From NCBI RefSeq assembly GCF_006345805.1, contig NC_043025.1, positions 8,556,001 through 8,620,000 of the forward strand: DNA of 64,000 nucleotides. The letters are read 5' to 3'. Positions 12,244 to 24,227 of this stretch are shown here, in pieces (the stretch's first letter is position 1; each line of letters starts with the position of its first letter). The notes below the pieces were generated by a model. That model ran no database searches. It was given only the letters and a program-made list of their open reading frames with translations, and was not told the DNA's origin. The stretch is from Octopus sinensis (Eukaryota). The position numbers and the translations under genes were made by a program.

Positions 12244-12378
12244 CAATCAGCAACTTTGCTTGCAGAGGTGTATTAGGAGGCAGCACCATTTTGTGTTGAG
12301 TTATAGCATGGAATACTGGATCAGGTAGACAGAGGGTGACACCTGTACGAGATGTCTTCATGGAAATGTCAGTAATAG
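12244..12378 (-). CDS. C2CD3: C2CD3 exon, 135 nt, phase 1 to 1
   Basis: gtctcttcttaccag| acceptor, |gtgagt donor. MKTSRTGVTLCLPDPVFHAITQHKMVLPPNTPLQAKLL. Confidence 0.93.
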
Positions 12379-12789
12379 CTGGTAAGAAGAGACACAAAAA
12401 CACAGAGATATAGGGTGTAAAGCAACAACATGTGGGTGGATGTGTTAGTGTTCGATTAGTGTTCGATGTACCTCGAAAGCAAGCTGACAGAAATTTCTAA
12501 AGAATTTCGTTGTTAATGATATTTTTTAGGCATATTTGGCATTGAAATGTTTTTCTTTTGCCCTTGTTTATAAGTTGTTTATAAATTTAACCTTTAAAGG
12601 TATTTTTATAATATGCTGACCATTGATAAAATTTTTTCGAAAATTTTATCCTATATTAGATGTAAATTTCATATACATATATATATATATAATATATATA
12701 TATATATAAAATATTAATTATTATATATATATATATATATACATATGTGTATATAATAGATAGAAAATTTTATCCTATATTAGATGTAG

Positions 12790-13388
12790 AGGTAGACCCA
12801 GGAAAACCTGGGACGAGGTAGTGAAGCACGACCTTTGAACTTTAGGTCTCACCAAGGAAATGACTAGAGACCGAGACCTATGGAAGTATGCTGTGCATGA
12901 GAAGACCCGGCAAGACCGGTGAGAACAGTCAAAATCAAACCAAATCAACATCAGTGGAAATTGCAGCTGTGGTTAAGCGAACCATCCGATCGTTTGTCCA
13001 TTGCCACCCTCGCCTGGCCCCCGTGCCGTTGGCACGTAAAAGCAGCATCCGTTCGTGTCCGTTGCCAGCCTCGCCTGGCCCCCGTGCCGGTAGCACGTAA
13101 AAGCAGCATCCGTTTGTGTCCGTTGCCAGCCTCGCCTGGCCCCCGTGCCGGTAGCACGTAAAAGCACCATCCGTTCGTGGCCGTTTGCCAGCTTTGTCTG
13201 GCACCTGTGCAGGTGGCACGTAAAAAGCACCCACTACACTCACGGAGTGGTTGGCGTTAGGAAGGGCATCCAGCCGTAGAAACACTGCCAAATCTGACTG
13301 GGCCTGATGAAGCCTCCCGGCTTCACAGACCCCAGTTAAACCGTCCAACCCATGCTAGCATGGAAAACGGACGCTAAATGATGATGAT
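12790..13388 (+). mobile_element. RTE-clade LINE 3' end with about 50-bp flanking direct repeat
   Basis: RGRPRKTWDEVVKHDL...EMTRDRDLWKYAV, hairpin sub-repeats, (GAT)n tail. Confidence 0.85.
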
Positions 13389-13390
13389 GG

Positions 13391-13425
<35 letters not shown>

Positions 13426-13489
13426 TATATATATATACATATGTGTATATAATAGATAGAAAATTTTATCCTATATTAGATGTAAATTT

Positions 13490-13524
<35 letters not shown>

Positions 13525-13601
13525 ATATAATAGATAGATCGCCATGATAGATCGTTAGCTCCTACACGCATTTTTTTCCCTACTTGTTTTTTTCTGTGTA
13601 C

Positions 13602-13636
13602 CCTTCTGTCGAAGAGCTAGGCTCGAAACGTAAAAG
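13602..13636 (+). ncRNA. Hammerhead-like motif, A6U core variant
   Basis: CCUU-CUGUCGA-A-GAGC(UAG)GCUC-GAA-ACGU-A-AAAG. One stem I mismatch. Confidence 0.5.
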
Positions 13637-13856
13637 ACTTGTTCTATTCCTGAGCGCTATACTAATACATTTCTTTGTTTGTACTCCACCTGCCTTCGTC
13701 TTTTGTTTATTTTTGTAAACTTTCACTGAATGTCTGGTGGTGAGGAGTATGACAAAGGGATGTAGGGGGGTTATTGTAATCTAGGTGCAGTAAATACAAC
13801 CATTTATTTTTGTTTGACGCACTGCTAAAATAAAAATGTTCTCAATGCATAGGTGT

Positions 13857-14253
13857 AGGAGTGGCTGTGTGGTAAGCAGCTTGCTTACCAACCACATGGT
13901 TCCAAGTTCAGTCCCACTGCGTGACACCTTAGGCAAGTGTCTTCTACTATAGCCTCAGGCCGACCAATGCCTTGTGAGTGGATTTGGTAGGCGAAAACTG
14001 AAAGAAGCCCATCTTGTATGTATGTGTGTGTGTGTGTGTATGTATGTGTATGTTTGCGTGCTTGTATTTGTCCCCCCAACATCGCTTGACAACCGATGCT
14101 GGTGTGTTTATGTCCCCGTAACTTAGCGGTTCGGCAAAAAAGACCGATAGAATAAGTACTAGGCTTGCAAAGAATTACTCTTGGGGTCGATTTGCTCAAC
14201 TAAAAGTAGTGCTCCAGCATGGCTACAATCAAATGACTGAAACGAGTAAAAGA
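13857..14253 (+). mobile_element. SINE family A
   Basis: Full-length homolog of 764-1150. Confidence 0.85.
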
Positions 14254-14890
14254 GTAATGCTATGTATATCTTTTGCTGATATATGTCTATGTGTTTAGAG
14301 TGTTGGGTTCGCAATCATGAGGTCATGAGTTCAATTCCAGGATCAGGTTGTGTGTTGCGTTCTTGAGCAAGACACTTTATTTCATGTTACTCCGGTTCAC
14401 TCATCAGTAGAAAATGAGTGTGACATCACTAGTGCCAAGTTGTACCAACCTTTGCCTTTCCTATGGATAACATCGGTGACATGGACAGGGGAAGCTGGTA
14501 TGCATGGGAGACAGCTGCTCTTCCATGAACTACCCTGCCCAGACTTGTGCCTTGAACAGGTTGCCCATCATTGCAATATATGTCTTCATTACTGTGTCGG
14601 AGTCTGTGATTTTGACCTTACATACAAGACCTTACATACCAGACGGCTATTATTTAGAGGACACCAGTTCAGAGATCTACAATTACAATGTCTTTCTGGA
14701 GTATTCTTGGAGTTATTTTTATTGTGATTGAACATTATCAATTTCATATAGAGGAGGCAACTATAGCTAACTTTAACAGTGTTGCTATTGAAGATATTGT
14801 AGTATTTGTGTGAGTGTGGGAATATCCCAAACCACTAAACCACATGCTTTCACACAGATGGCTATTTAACAGAAAATAAACATTACTTAC

Positions 14891-15028
14891 ATCCAGTTTC
14901 CAGTGGTGCTTGAGTGGTTGACTGAGTTGGGAAACTGTACTGCACAAAGCAATCTGCTTCTCCATAGACCATTTCTTCTAAATGTTGAAGGTTATTAATG
15001 TCTTCCACAACCACTTCAAATACATGTT
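14891..15028 (-). CDS. C2CD3: C2CD3 exon, 138 nt, phase 1 to 1 (C2 domain)
   Basis: ttggttttgtag| acceptor, |gtaagt donor. EHVFEVVVEDINNLQHLEEMVYGEADCFVQYSFPTQ (GEADC-x-VQY-x-FP motif). Confidence 0.93.
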
Positions 15029-15134
15029 CTACAAAACCAAATAAATGTGTTTTTAAAAAATGTCTGGTTTCTTTTTGGACAGACTTTGTACAATGTTGTA
15101 TGAGATAACAGGGAGTAAAAATAAGCAATCTAGA

Positions 15135-16565
15135 AAACAAACTGGAGTAAGAGAGGCTGAGTAAGGGAGAAAACAAATTGGAGTAAGAGAGGCTGAGTAA
15201 GGGAGAAAACAAATTGAAGAGAGGCTGAGTAAGGGAGAAAATAAACTGGAGTAAGAGAGGCTGAGTAAGGGAGAAAATAAATTGAAGAGAGGCTGAGTAA
15301 GGGAGACAACAAATTGGAGTAAGAGAGGCTGAGTAAGGGAGAAAATAAATTGGAGTAAGAGAGGCTGAGTAAGGGAGAAAACAAACTGGAGTAAGAGAGG
15401 CTGAGTAAGGGAGAAAACAAATTGGAGTAAGAGAGGCTGAGTAAGGGAGAAAACAAATTGGAGTCAGGGAGGCTGAGTAAGGGAGAAAACAAACTGGAGT
15501 AAGAGAGGCTGAGTAAGGGAGAAAATAAATTGAAGAGAGGCTGAGTAAGGGAGACAACAAATTGGAGTAAGAGAGGCTGAGTAAGGGAGAAATAAATTGG
15601 AGTAAGAGAGGCTGAGTAAGGGAGAAAACAAACTGGAGTAAGAGAGGCTGAGTAAGGGAGAAAACAAATTGGAGTAAGGGAGGCTGAGTAAGGGAGAAAA
15701 CAAACTGGAGTAAGAGAGGCTGAGTAAGGGAGAAAATAAATTGAAGAGAGGCTGAGTAAGGGAGACAACAAATGGAGTAAGAGAGGCTGAGTAGGGAGAA
15801 AATAAATTGGAGTAAGAGAGGCTGAGTAAGGGAGGAAAACAAACTGAGTAAGAGAGGCTGAGTAAGGGAGAAAATAAATTGAAGAGAGGTGAGTAAGGGA
15901 GACAACAAATTGGAGTAAGAGAGGCTGAGTAAGGGAGAAAAAAATTGGAGTAAGAGAGGCTGAGTAAGGGAGAAAACAAACTGGAGTAAGAGAGGCTGAG
16001 TAAGGGAGAAAACAAATTGGAGTAAGAGAGGCTGAGTAAGGGAGAAAACAAATTGGAGTCAGGGAGGCTGAGTAAGGGAGAAAACAAACTGGAGTAAGAG
16101 AGGCTGAGTAAGGGAGAAAATAAATTGAAGAGAGGCTGAGTAAGGGAGAAAACAAATTGGAGTAAGAGAGGCTGAGTAAGGGAGAAAATAAATGGAGTAA
16201 GAGAGGCTGAGTAAGGAGAAAACAACTGGAGTAAGAGAGGTGAGTAAGGGAGAAAACAAATTGGAGTAAGGGAGGCTGAGTAAGGAGAAAACAAACTGGA
16301 GTAGAGAGGCTGAGTAAGGGAGAAAATAAATTGAAGAGAGGCTGAGTAAGGGAGACAACAATTGGAGTAAGAGAGGCTGAGTAAGGGAGAAAATAAATTG
16401 GAGTAAGAGAGGCTGAGTAAGGGAGAAAACAAACTGGAGTAAGAGAGGCTGAGTAAGGGAGAAAACAAATTGAAGAGAGGCTGAGTAAGGGAGAAAACAA
16501 ATTGGAGTAAGGGAGGCTGAGTAAGGGAGAAAACAAACTGGAGGAAGGGAGGCTGGTTAAGGGAG
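15135..16565. repeat. 32/36-bp purine-rich minisatellite (about 40 units)
   Basis: ggagtaagagaggctgagtaagggagaaaacaaa(c/t)t repeated; source of the spurious ORFs at 14883-16536. Confidence 0.95.
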
Positions 16566-16589
16566 AAAAGTAGTAGTTAACTGACTGGA

Positions 16590-16920
16590 TGTGCTGTATA
16601 TAACCGGCACTCTGTCATTTATGATGATGAGGGTTCCAGTTGATCCGATCAATGGAATGGCCTGCTCGTGAAATTAACGTGCAAGTGGCTGAGCACTCCA
16701 CAGACACATGTACCCTCAACGTAGTTCTCAGGGAGATTCAGCATGACACAAAGTGTGACGAGGCTGGCCCTTTGAAATACAGGTACTACTCGTTTTTGCC
16801 AGTTGAGTGGAGTGGAGCAACTTGAAATAAAATGTCTTGCTCAAGGACACAACACCTTGCCAGGAACTGAACTCACGACTTTGTGACCGTGAGCTGAATG
16901 CCCCTAACCACTAAGCCACA
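16590..16920 (-). mobile_element. Third tRNA-derived SINE family (ccttgagcaagacactttatttc core)
   Basis: tRNA-like head at the right end; relatives at about 4750-5065, 8187-8300 and 14294-14560. Confidence 0.7.
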
Positions 16921-17024
16921 CACATTCACCATGTTGTGTATATGGAATATAAAATTATAGTATTAACATCCTAATATAGAAGATGTCAAAGGTAACATGA
17001 TTTAAGTAGCTACTATAATTAGCT

Positions 17025-17300
17025 ACTATAATTAGTTTCTATAGCTACTATAATTTATAATTAGTTACTATAATTAGTTGCTATAGCTACTATAATTACA
17101 GCTACTATAATTAGCTACTATAGCTACTATAATTAGTTGCTATAGCTACTATAATTACAGCTACTATAATTAGCTACTATAGCTACTATAATTAGTTGCT
17201 ATAGCTACTATAATTACAGCTACTATAGCCACTATAATTACAGCTACTATAATTAGTTGCTATAGCTACTATAATTAGTTACTATAGCTACTATAATTAT
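17025..17300. repeat. AT-rich minisatellite based on tagctactataat
   Basis: Short units with higher-order repetition. Confidence 0.85.
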
Positions 17301-17737
17301 AGATTTTATAGGTGAAGATATAGCGGTGTGGTTAAGAAACTCAGTTTGCAAACATGTGGTTTCTGGTTCAGTCCTACTACATGGTACTTTAGGAAAATAA
17401 CTTCTCCTATAAGACCAAAGATTTGTGAGTGAATTTAGTAGGTGGAAATTGTGTAGAAGCCTGTCTTATGTGGTTATATCTATACATGTCTGTCTGTGTT
17501 TATGTTTGTTCCAACCACCACAGCTTGACAACCGTGTCGATTTATTTACATCCCCATGACTTAGTGGTTCAGCAAAAGAGACCAACGGAACAAGTACCAG
17601 ATTAAAAGTAAGTACTGGGGTAAATTTGTTTAACTAGAAATTCAAGGGGGTGCTCCAGCATGGCCACAGTCCAATGACTGAAACAAGTGAAAGATAAAAG
17701 AAGATAACTATAGAGTAAAAAAATCACCAAAACTTAC

Positions 17738-17790
17738 CAATATAGTCTTTACAAATACCTTCATCGGTGGTTGTTGAGGAGCTGGTGTTT
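17738..17790 (-). CDS. C2CD3: C2CD3 exon, 53 nt, phase 2 to 1
   Basis: cttctttgctag| acceptor, |gtaagt donor. NTSSSTTTDEGICKDYI; supplies exactly the phase change the flanking exons need. Confidence 0.7.
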
Positions 17791-18354
17791 CTAGCAAAGA
17801 AGATAATAGTCAAAGTGATTTGTCATTCTGATATGTTATAATCATCAACATCATAGCAACCAGATTATTAACTACACACACACACACACACACACACACC
17901 ACACACACACACATATACACACATACATCACAGAATTGTGCAGGCCATTGCACACCACTGGGCACAATGCACTTTCAAATTTGTGTTGACTGCACCATTC
18001 TTTTCCCCATCTTGGCCCGAACTGCTCGACCAATTCGTCTTCCCGTCATTGCGCAGTGCCTCTCAAGAGGCCTTTTCTGAGCTTTTGGACACCACTTGGT
18101 AACTGCACAGGTCCACCTGGTTGTCTGTGAAGCTTGTGACATAATTGGCCCAGCGGAGCTTCTGTTTTCAGAACTCTGCGATCGCATCATTCATTCTGCT
18201 CCATTCTTGAATTATCTCATTTTGAATTCCAGGTTCAGTCCCACTGTGTGGAAGATGGGGCAAGTGTCTTCTACTAAAGCTTTGGGCTGCTCAAAGCCTT
18301 GAGAGTGGAATTGGTAATGGAAACTGAAAGAAGCCCATCATACATATATATATA

Positions 18355-19290
18355 TCCTCATCGTTTAACATCCGCTTTCCATGCTGGCATGGGTTGGACT
18401 GTTTGACTGAGGACTGGCCAACAAGATGGTTGCACCAGGCTCCAATCTGATCTGGCAGAGTTTCTACAGCTGGATGCCCTTCCTAATGCCAACCACTCTG
18501 AGAGTGTAGTGGGTGCTTTTACATGCCACCGGCACGAGGGCCAGTCAGGCGGTACTGGCAACATCTATGCTCAAATGGTGTTTTTACGTGTCACCTGCAC
18601 AGCAGCCAGTCCAGGGGCACTGGCAACACCCTCACTGGAATGTTATTTTTCACGTACCACCGGCACAAGTGCCAGTAAGGCAACACTGGTAATGATCACG
18701 CTCGAATAGTGTTTTTTACAGGTCACCAGCATGGGGGCCAGTCAGAAGCCCTGGCAACAATCACACTCGGATGGTGCTCTTGGCACTCCACTAGCACGGA
18801 TGCCAGTCAAGCGGTGCTGTCATCAAATTTGATTGTGATCTCACTTGCCTCAACAGGTCTTCGCAAGCAGAGTTTAGTGTCCAATGAGGGAAAGGCATGC
18901 ATAAGTGGGCTGGTTACACCCACAGGCATAGGCCACAGATTATGGTCTCACTTGGCTTGCCGGGTCTTCTCAAGCACAGCATATTTCTAAAAGTCTCGGT
19001 CTCTAGTCATTTCCTTGGTAAAGCCTAAAGTTAGAAGGTTGTGATTCACCACTTCATCCCAGGTCTTCCTGGGTCTACTCCTTCCGCAGTTTCACAACCG
19101 CTAGGGTTTGACACTTTTTCACACAGCTATCCTCATCCATTCTCACCACATGACCATACCAGCGCAGTCATCTCTCTTGCACACCACATCTGATGCTTCT
19201 TAGGTCCAACTTTTCTCTCAAGTATGTACACTGACATTACACATCCATTGGATCATACTGGCTTCATTCCTTGCGAGCTTACACATGTCC
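18355..19290 (-). mobile_element. RTE-clade LINE 3' end (longest copy in window)
   Basis: Minus-strand fragments LREKLDLRSIRCGVQER, LRWYGHVVRMDEDSCVKKC and RPRKTWDEVV, followed by the 3' UTR with GTGCC-N3-GGCAC repeats. Confidence 0.85.
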
Positions 19291-19481
19291 TCAGTAGTCT
19301 TATACCTTAGGAATGAGAACTCAGGTTTGAAATTTCCCCAAGACACCTGATGAAGGCTGGAGGGTATATCAACCAAAATGTTATGTTAACAACAAAGATG
19401 AGGACAAACATCCTTCAAATGTAAATAATGTAAATAATAAAAATGATGCAAAATAAAAATAAAAAACAAAAAGACACTTAC

Positions 19482-19564
19482 ATCAGAGATTGGTGAAGAT
19501 TGGGGAATTGTTGGCGCAAGAGGGACGATCGTCTTTCAATTGTGACTTGCTGTAGCGTGGACAC
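19482..19564 (-). CDS. C2CD3: C2CD3 exon, 83 nt, phase 0 to 2
   Basis: tgttaccag| acceptor, |gtaagt donor. VSTLQQVTIERRSSLLRQQFPNLHQSL. Confidence 0.8.
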
Positions 19565-19677
19565 CTGGTAACATGTAAATTACACAGTCAGATCGTAATG
19601 GTTTCAAATTTTGGCAACAGTAATTTTGAGGGGAGGGGGATGAATAAATTACATCAACTCCAGCGGTGAGAAACGTT

Positions 19678-20085
19678 AGCTGGCAGAAACGTTAGCATGC
19701 CAGGCAAAATACGTAGCCGTATTTCGTCTGCCGTTGCGTTCTGAGTTCAAATTCCGCCAAGGTCGGCTTTGCCTTTCATCCTTCCGGGGTCGATTAAATA
19801 AGTACCAGTTACGCACTGGGGTCGATATAATCGACTTAATCCATTTGTCTGTCCTTGTTTGTCCCCTCTGTCTTTAGCCCCTTGTGGGTAGTAAAGAAAT
19901 AGGTATTTCGTCTGTTGCTACGTTCTGAGTTCAAATTCCGCTGAGGTCGACTTTACTTTTCATTCTTTCGGGGTCGATTAAATAAGTGCCAGTTATGCAC
20001 TGGGGTCGATATAATCGACTTAATCCGTTTGTCTGTCCTTGTTTGTCCTCTCTGTGTTTAGCCCCTTGTGGGCAGTAAAGAAGCA
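19678..20085 (+). mobile_element. Same SINE family, dimer
   Basis: Head ggcagaaacgttagca plus two body units with junction gaaataggtatttc. Confidence 0.8.
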
Positions 20086-20313
20086 GGTATTTCATCTGGT
20101 ACTCGTTTTATAGACCTTGAAACAATAAAAGATAAGGTTGACCTCAGTGGAATTTGAACTCAGAATGTAAAGACAGATGAAATACTGGTAAGCATTTTGC
20201 CTGGCGTGCTAACAATTCTGCCAGCTGACCACCATCATAACATACTGAGCAGAATAAATGATAAAATATGTAAAATCAACAAAAAAAAGACGAAGAAATG
20301 CCGTAACATTTAC

Positions 20314-20418
20314 CTGCTCTATAGATCCCATCGCCAATAATACCTTCAGCTGTCCATGTTGGTAGTTGGTGAGTGGGTCCACAATAGGCATATAGCCATC
20401 ATGGGCTACAATAGGGTA
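20314..20418 (-). CDS. C2CD3: C2CD3 exon, 105 nt, phase 0 to 0
   Basis: tctctccacag| acceptor, |gtaaat donor. YPIVAHDGYMPIVDPLTNYQHGQLKVLLAMGSIEQ matches the recalled YPVVAVDSYMPV...LRVFLAMGS. Confidence 0.95.
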
Positions 20419-20612
20419 CTGTGGAGAGACGAAATATATAAAAGAGACATAGGTGAAACAAAATATATTTTGTTGAACCAATGATTATGGATTAACTGTC
20501 TATATAAAATATGTGTGTGTGTGTGGTTGAATTTACAGAAAACAAAAGACAAAGATAGGTGAAAGAACAACAAGCAGGTGTATTAGTTTGGCACTCAGGA
20601 AGAATGGAAGAG

Positions 20613-20650
20613 TCTTTGACGTTTCGAGCCTATGCTCTTTGACAGAAAGA
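20613..20650 (-). ncRNA. Hammerhead-like motif, A6U family (additional G8A, probably inactive)
   Basis: UCUUU-CUGUCAA-A-GAGC(AUAG)GCUC-GAA-ACGU-C-AAAGA. Confidence 0.4.
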
Positions 20651-20884
20651 GATGAGTGGGAAAAAAATGGAGAGAGGGAGAGAGAAAACCAGTCGTTATT
20701 GAAAATGTGCTTTCTTGCAGCTCTAAGGGTTTTTAACTCTTATTTCTAGCAATATAGGTACTACTCAGCACACTCAGTCACAATTAGTGACAAGTGAAAT
20801 TTTCCTTCTCAGTTTTAAATTGTGTATACCTGCCTTCGTTATTATATATAACATATATATATATATATATATATGATGATGATG

Positions 20885-21290
20885 ATATATATATATATCT
20901 CATCATCATCGTCTAGCGTCAGCTTTCCATGCTAGCATGGGTTGGACAGTTCAACTGGTGTTTGGGAAGCCCGAAGGCTGTGCCAGGCTCAGTCTGATCT
21001 GGCAGTGTTTCTACGGCTGGATGCCCTTCCTAACACCAACCACTGTGAGTGTAGTGGGTGCTTTTTACGTGCCATCGGCATGGGGGCCAGACGAGGCTGG
21101 TGCTTTTTACGTGCCACCGGCACGGGGGCCAGGCGAGGCTGTCAATGGCCATGTTTGGATGGTTTACTTACGTGCCACCGGCACTGGTATCGCAGCTACA
21201 ATTTCCATTGATGTTGATCGATTTCAATTTTGATTTTCATTTCAAAATCGAAATCGATCAACATCAATGGAAATTGCAGCTGTGATACCA
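20885..21290 (-). mobile_element. RTE LINE 3' UTR copy
   Basis: Same conserved terminal block (ccatgctagcatgg; ggatgcccttcctaa) as the copies that carry ORF remnants. Confidence 0.8.
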
Positions 21291-21677
21291 TAAATGATTA
21301 GGTAAATATATTCAATAAGAATATTATATACTGAATTTATATTAAGTGCTCCATTGTATAAAAAAATATTAATACTATTAAAGGATTTATATATTTAATA
21401 TGAGCGACATATACATATATTTTTTAATAATATATATTATTATTATTAATAGAAATATTAAAATTACTAAGTCTCTCTAAAGGAGATTACGGCAGCGTTA
21501 CTGGAAATTAATAGTTATCGCCATACTTATATGGCAGTCTTATAAATATAAGACTAAAGCTGTCGCTGATTAGCTCCAAGAGGCCACCGCCTCAAGCTAG
21601 CTATTTGACACACAACCTGCGTCCATTATAAACCTTCGAACAAGGGAGGTCAGTCGCTTCATCCTGCTAGTCAGACA

Positions 21678-21720
21678 GCTGCAGACATGTTTCAGGCTTG
21701 TTGCTCTTTATCAATGCAGC
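21678..21720 (-). ncRNA. Hammerhead variant with U3-A8 core (inverted partner)
   Basis: GCUGCA-UUGAUAA-AGAGC(AACAA)GCCU-GAA-AC(AU)GU-C-UGCAGC. Stem II has one bulge. Confidence 0.65.
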
Positions 21721-21842
21721 GTAGTCACACCCGCAGATGTCGCTACTGACCGTCTGTTCGAAGATTTTATTTACCTAGTTTCAGTGGAATACATCCACTT
21801 GTTTTCAATAATAGAAATATTAAAATTACTAAGTCTCTCTAC

Positions 21843-21885
21843 GCTGCATTGATAAAGGTCAAAAACCCTGAAACATGTCTGCAGC
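21843..21885 (+). ncRNA. Hammerhead variant with U3-A8 core
   Basis: GCUGCA-UUGAUAA-AGG(UCAAAAAC)CCU-GAA-AC(AU)GU-C-UGCAGC. 6-bp stem I, GUC triplet. Confidence 0.7.
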
Positions 21886-22474
21886 TGTCTGACTAGCAGG
21901 ATGAAGCGGCTGACCTCCCCTGTTCAAAGGTTTATAATGGACGCAGGTTGTGAGTCAAATAGCTAGCTTGAGGCGGTGGCCTCTTGGAGCTAATCAGCGA
22001 CAGCCTTATAATTTATAAGACTGCCATATAAGTATGGCGATAACTATTAATTATTATTAATATAAGGAAATCAATACCGAATTCTTCACAAAGATATACC
22101 TATATGAAAGACCTTATGTATTAAAAATATATATAAATAAATAAATATAAAAATATAAATATAATGTATAAAATAAATTTGAAAGTTTAAAAGTTTTGAA
22201 TTGAGTTTTTAAGCATCTTATGATCGTTTCGCAGAAGTGCTGTCCCTATAATGAAATCCTATATTGATAAGCATTTATAGACAACCCTTCTGCTCTTCAG
22301 AGATATAAAATATAAATATTGTATAATATATCGAATGATATTTTTTAAAATTTGAATTAAAATTGTAAAATACACACACACACAGATATATACACATTGA
22401 GAAATTTGGGGAGATTTCTGAAGAAATGAAATAAAAATTAATAAAAAAAGTGATGTAAAGTATAAACAACTTAC

Positions 22475-22561
22475 TGGAGACTTCAGCAATGTCGTCACGA
22501 TTCTTTGGTTACGAAGCGAGAGGTAGAATTGATGGAGGCTCAGCTTTACCACACCAATTAA
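22475..22561 (-). CDS. C2CD3: C2CD3 exon, 87 nt, phase 0 to 0
   Basis: ggcag| acceptor, |gtaagt donor. LIGVVKLSLHQFYLSLRNQRIVTTLLKSP matches the recalled LLGLVKLPLHQFYMSFK. Confidence 0.95.
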
Positions 22562-22592
22562 CTGCCATTTATAGTAATAATAACAATAATAA

Positions 22593-23088
22593 TAAAAAGG
22601 TCACAGAAAACGAGAAAGCAACCATACTCTGGGATATGCCGATACACACAGATAGAGAAATTAAGGCCAACAGACCAGATATAGTTGTCAGAGATCATGA
22701 AGAAAAAAAATGCTTTCTAATTGATGTATCAATACCAGCAGATGACAACGTGTCTCTAAAAGAAATGGAGAAACTCTCAAAATACAAAGACCTGGAAATA
22801 GAGGTAACCAGAATGTGGAATCTAAAAACAGAAACAATTCCTATCATAGTAGGTGCATTAGGCATGATAAAAAAATATTCAGACAAATACGTAACAAAAA
22901 CACCAGGACTTACAAACACATATAACATACAGAAAATTGCACTACTAGGCACTGCACACATCCTACGCAGAACACTTTCCATACAATAACCATCAGAGCA
23001 TCACTACAAATCACAGCATAATACCTAAGGCACACAGAGCTGCGCTCGGTAGTGAAGTGAAAGCACGCTATAAAAATAAAACTACTGA
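22593..23088 (+). mobile_element. R4/Dong-like 3' fragment, open restriction-like endonuclease domain
   Basis: ILWDMPIHTDREIKANRPDIVV...LIDVSIP...EKLSKYKDLEIEVTRMW...PIIVGALG; (TAA)n on both flanks. Confidence 0.88.
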
Positions 23089-24116
23089 ATAATAATAATA
23101 ATAAAACTGATTGGAAGTGTTATCATGTACATTGTTTTGTCTTGGTATAAAAGATGGGCTACAGCAAATATTCTGCTCAATACCACAGATTTGCTTGTCA
23201 GTTGTTTGACCTTAACCAGTTGAGCATGTCCCTTAGTGGCTGACAATACATGCATCTCTGATCATGAGCAGAAGTAGTGGGGGAGTATCATAGCCATGTG
23301 TTGAGAGGGATTCTTTGGGGTTTAAATAATTCACCTCTGGAAACATGGGTGTTTTGTTCAACATCCTTAAACAACCCTTATTCAGGGACCTTTTGAGCGG
23401 GATGGGCTACTCGACCAGAAAAAAATTCTAACTGAGCCCTACCCGCAAGATCATGCGCTGTTTATCTTGATATGAGATCACCATGACGCGCACATATGGT
23501 TGTGATGCAATGTGCCTGGTGCACCCTTATCAGACAGGTAGTCACGATGGGTATACTGGGCTTTGTAAATTTGTACCCCAGTGTCACTTTGATGGCATGC
23601 ACTGCTCTCTCACTCAATAATAATAATAATATCATCATCATCATAATTTTAACATGCACTTTTCGAAACCTATCTAAGTGGATGGTGTTTATTGAGGCAG
23701 ATTTTCCATGGTCGGATGCCCTTCCTGTCACCAACTCTCACCTCTTTCCAAGCAAAATAATATTTATCCTGGAGGAGGAGGAGAATCCCTTCTATTAAAG
23801 GCACATTGCCTGAAATTTTGTGGTAAGGGTCTAGTTTAATAGTTTCCAACCTTTTCACAGTGGGTTCCCAACCCTTTTATTTAAATGAGCTTTCCCATGG
23901 ATTCCTTTTGATATGCTTAGCCCTATATATATCTCTTTTACTTGTTTCAGTCATTTGACTGTGGCCATTCTGGAGCACCGCCTTTAGTTGAGCAAATCAA
24001 CTATTGCCTCCATAAAATATTTATGAAGAGGAGGCGTAGTGGTTGCAAAACAAGCTTCTTAACTATATAGCCATGTCTGCACAAGAACAAAACACAACAA
24101 GCCTCTAAAAACTCAC

Positions 24117-24227
24117 CTTGTCATCAGACACTTCCAGTGATGTTGTTGTTTTATCCCAGACCTCTATAATTAGGTAATTGTTGCGAATTCTCTCCAAAAA
24201 GTTGGCTGTGACAAAAACTGGTGAAAC
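24117..24227 (-). CDS. C2CD3: C2CD3 exon, 111 nt, phase 0 to 0
   Basis: ctcatcctaacag| acceptor, |gtgagt donor. VSPVFVTANFLERIRNNYLIIEVWDKTTTSLEVSDDK. Confidence 0.93.

Larger units (their letters stand above)
21447..22051. mobile_element. PLE-derived foldback element (about 215-bp inverted arms, hammerhead in each arm)
   Basis: About 21505-21724 is the reverse complement of about 21837-22051; 21447-21478 is directly repeated at about 21809-21840. Confidence 0.65.

Noticed and set aside
13300-13320. CTGATGA motif in RTE 3' UTR copies
   Set aside because: No downstream stem II plus GAAA; not a hammerhead.
14883-16536. Long ORFs of 334-468 aa
   Set aside because: Translation of a 32/36-bp minisatellite; only 14891-15028 is a real exon.
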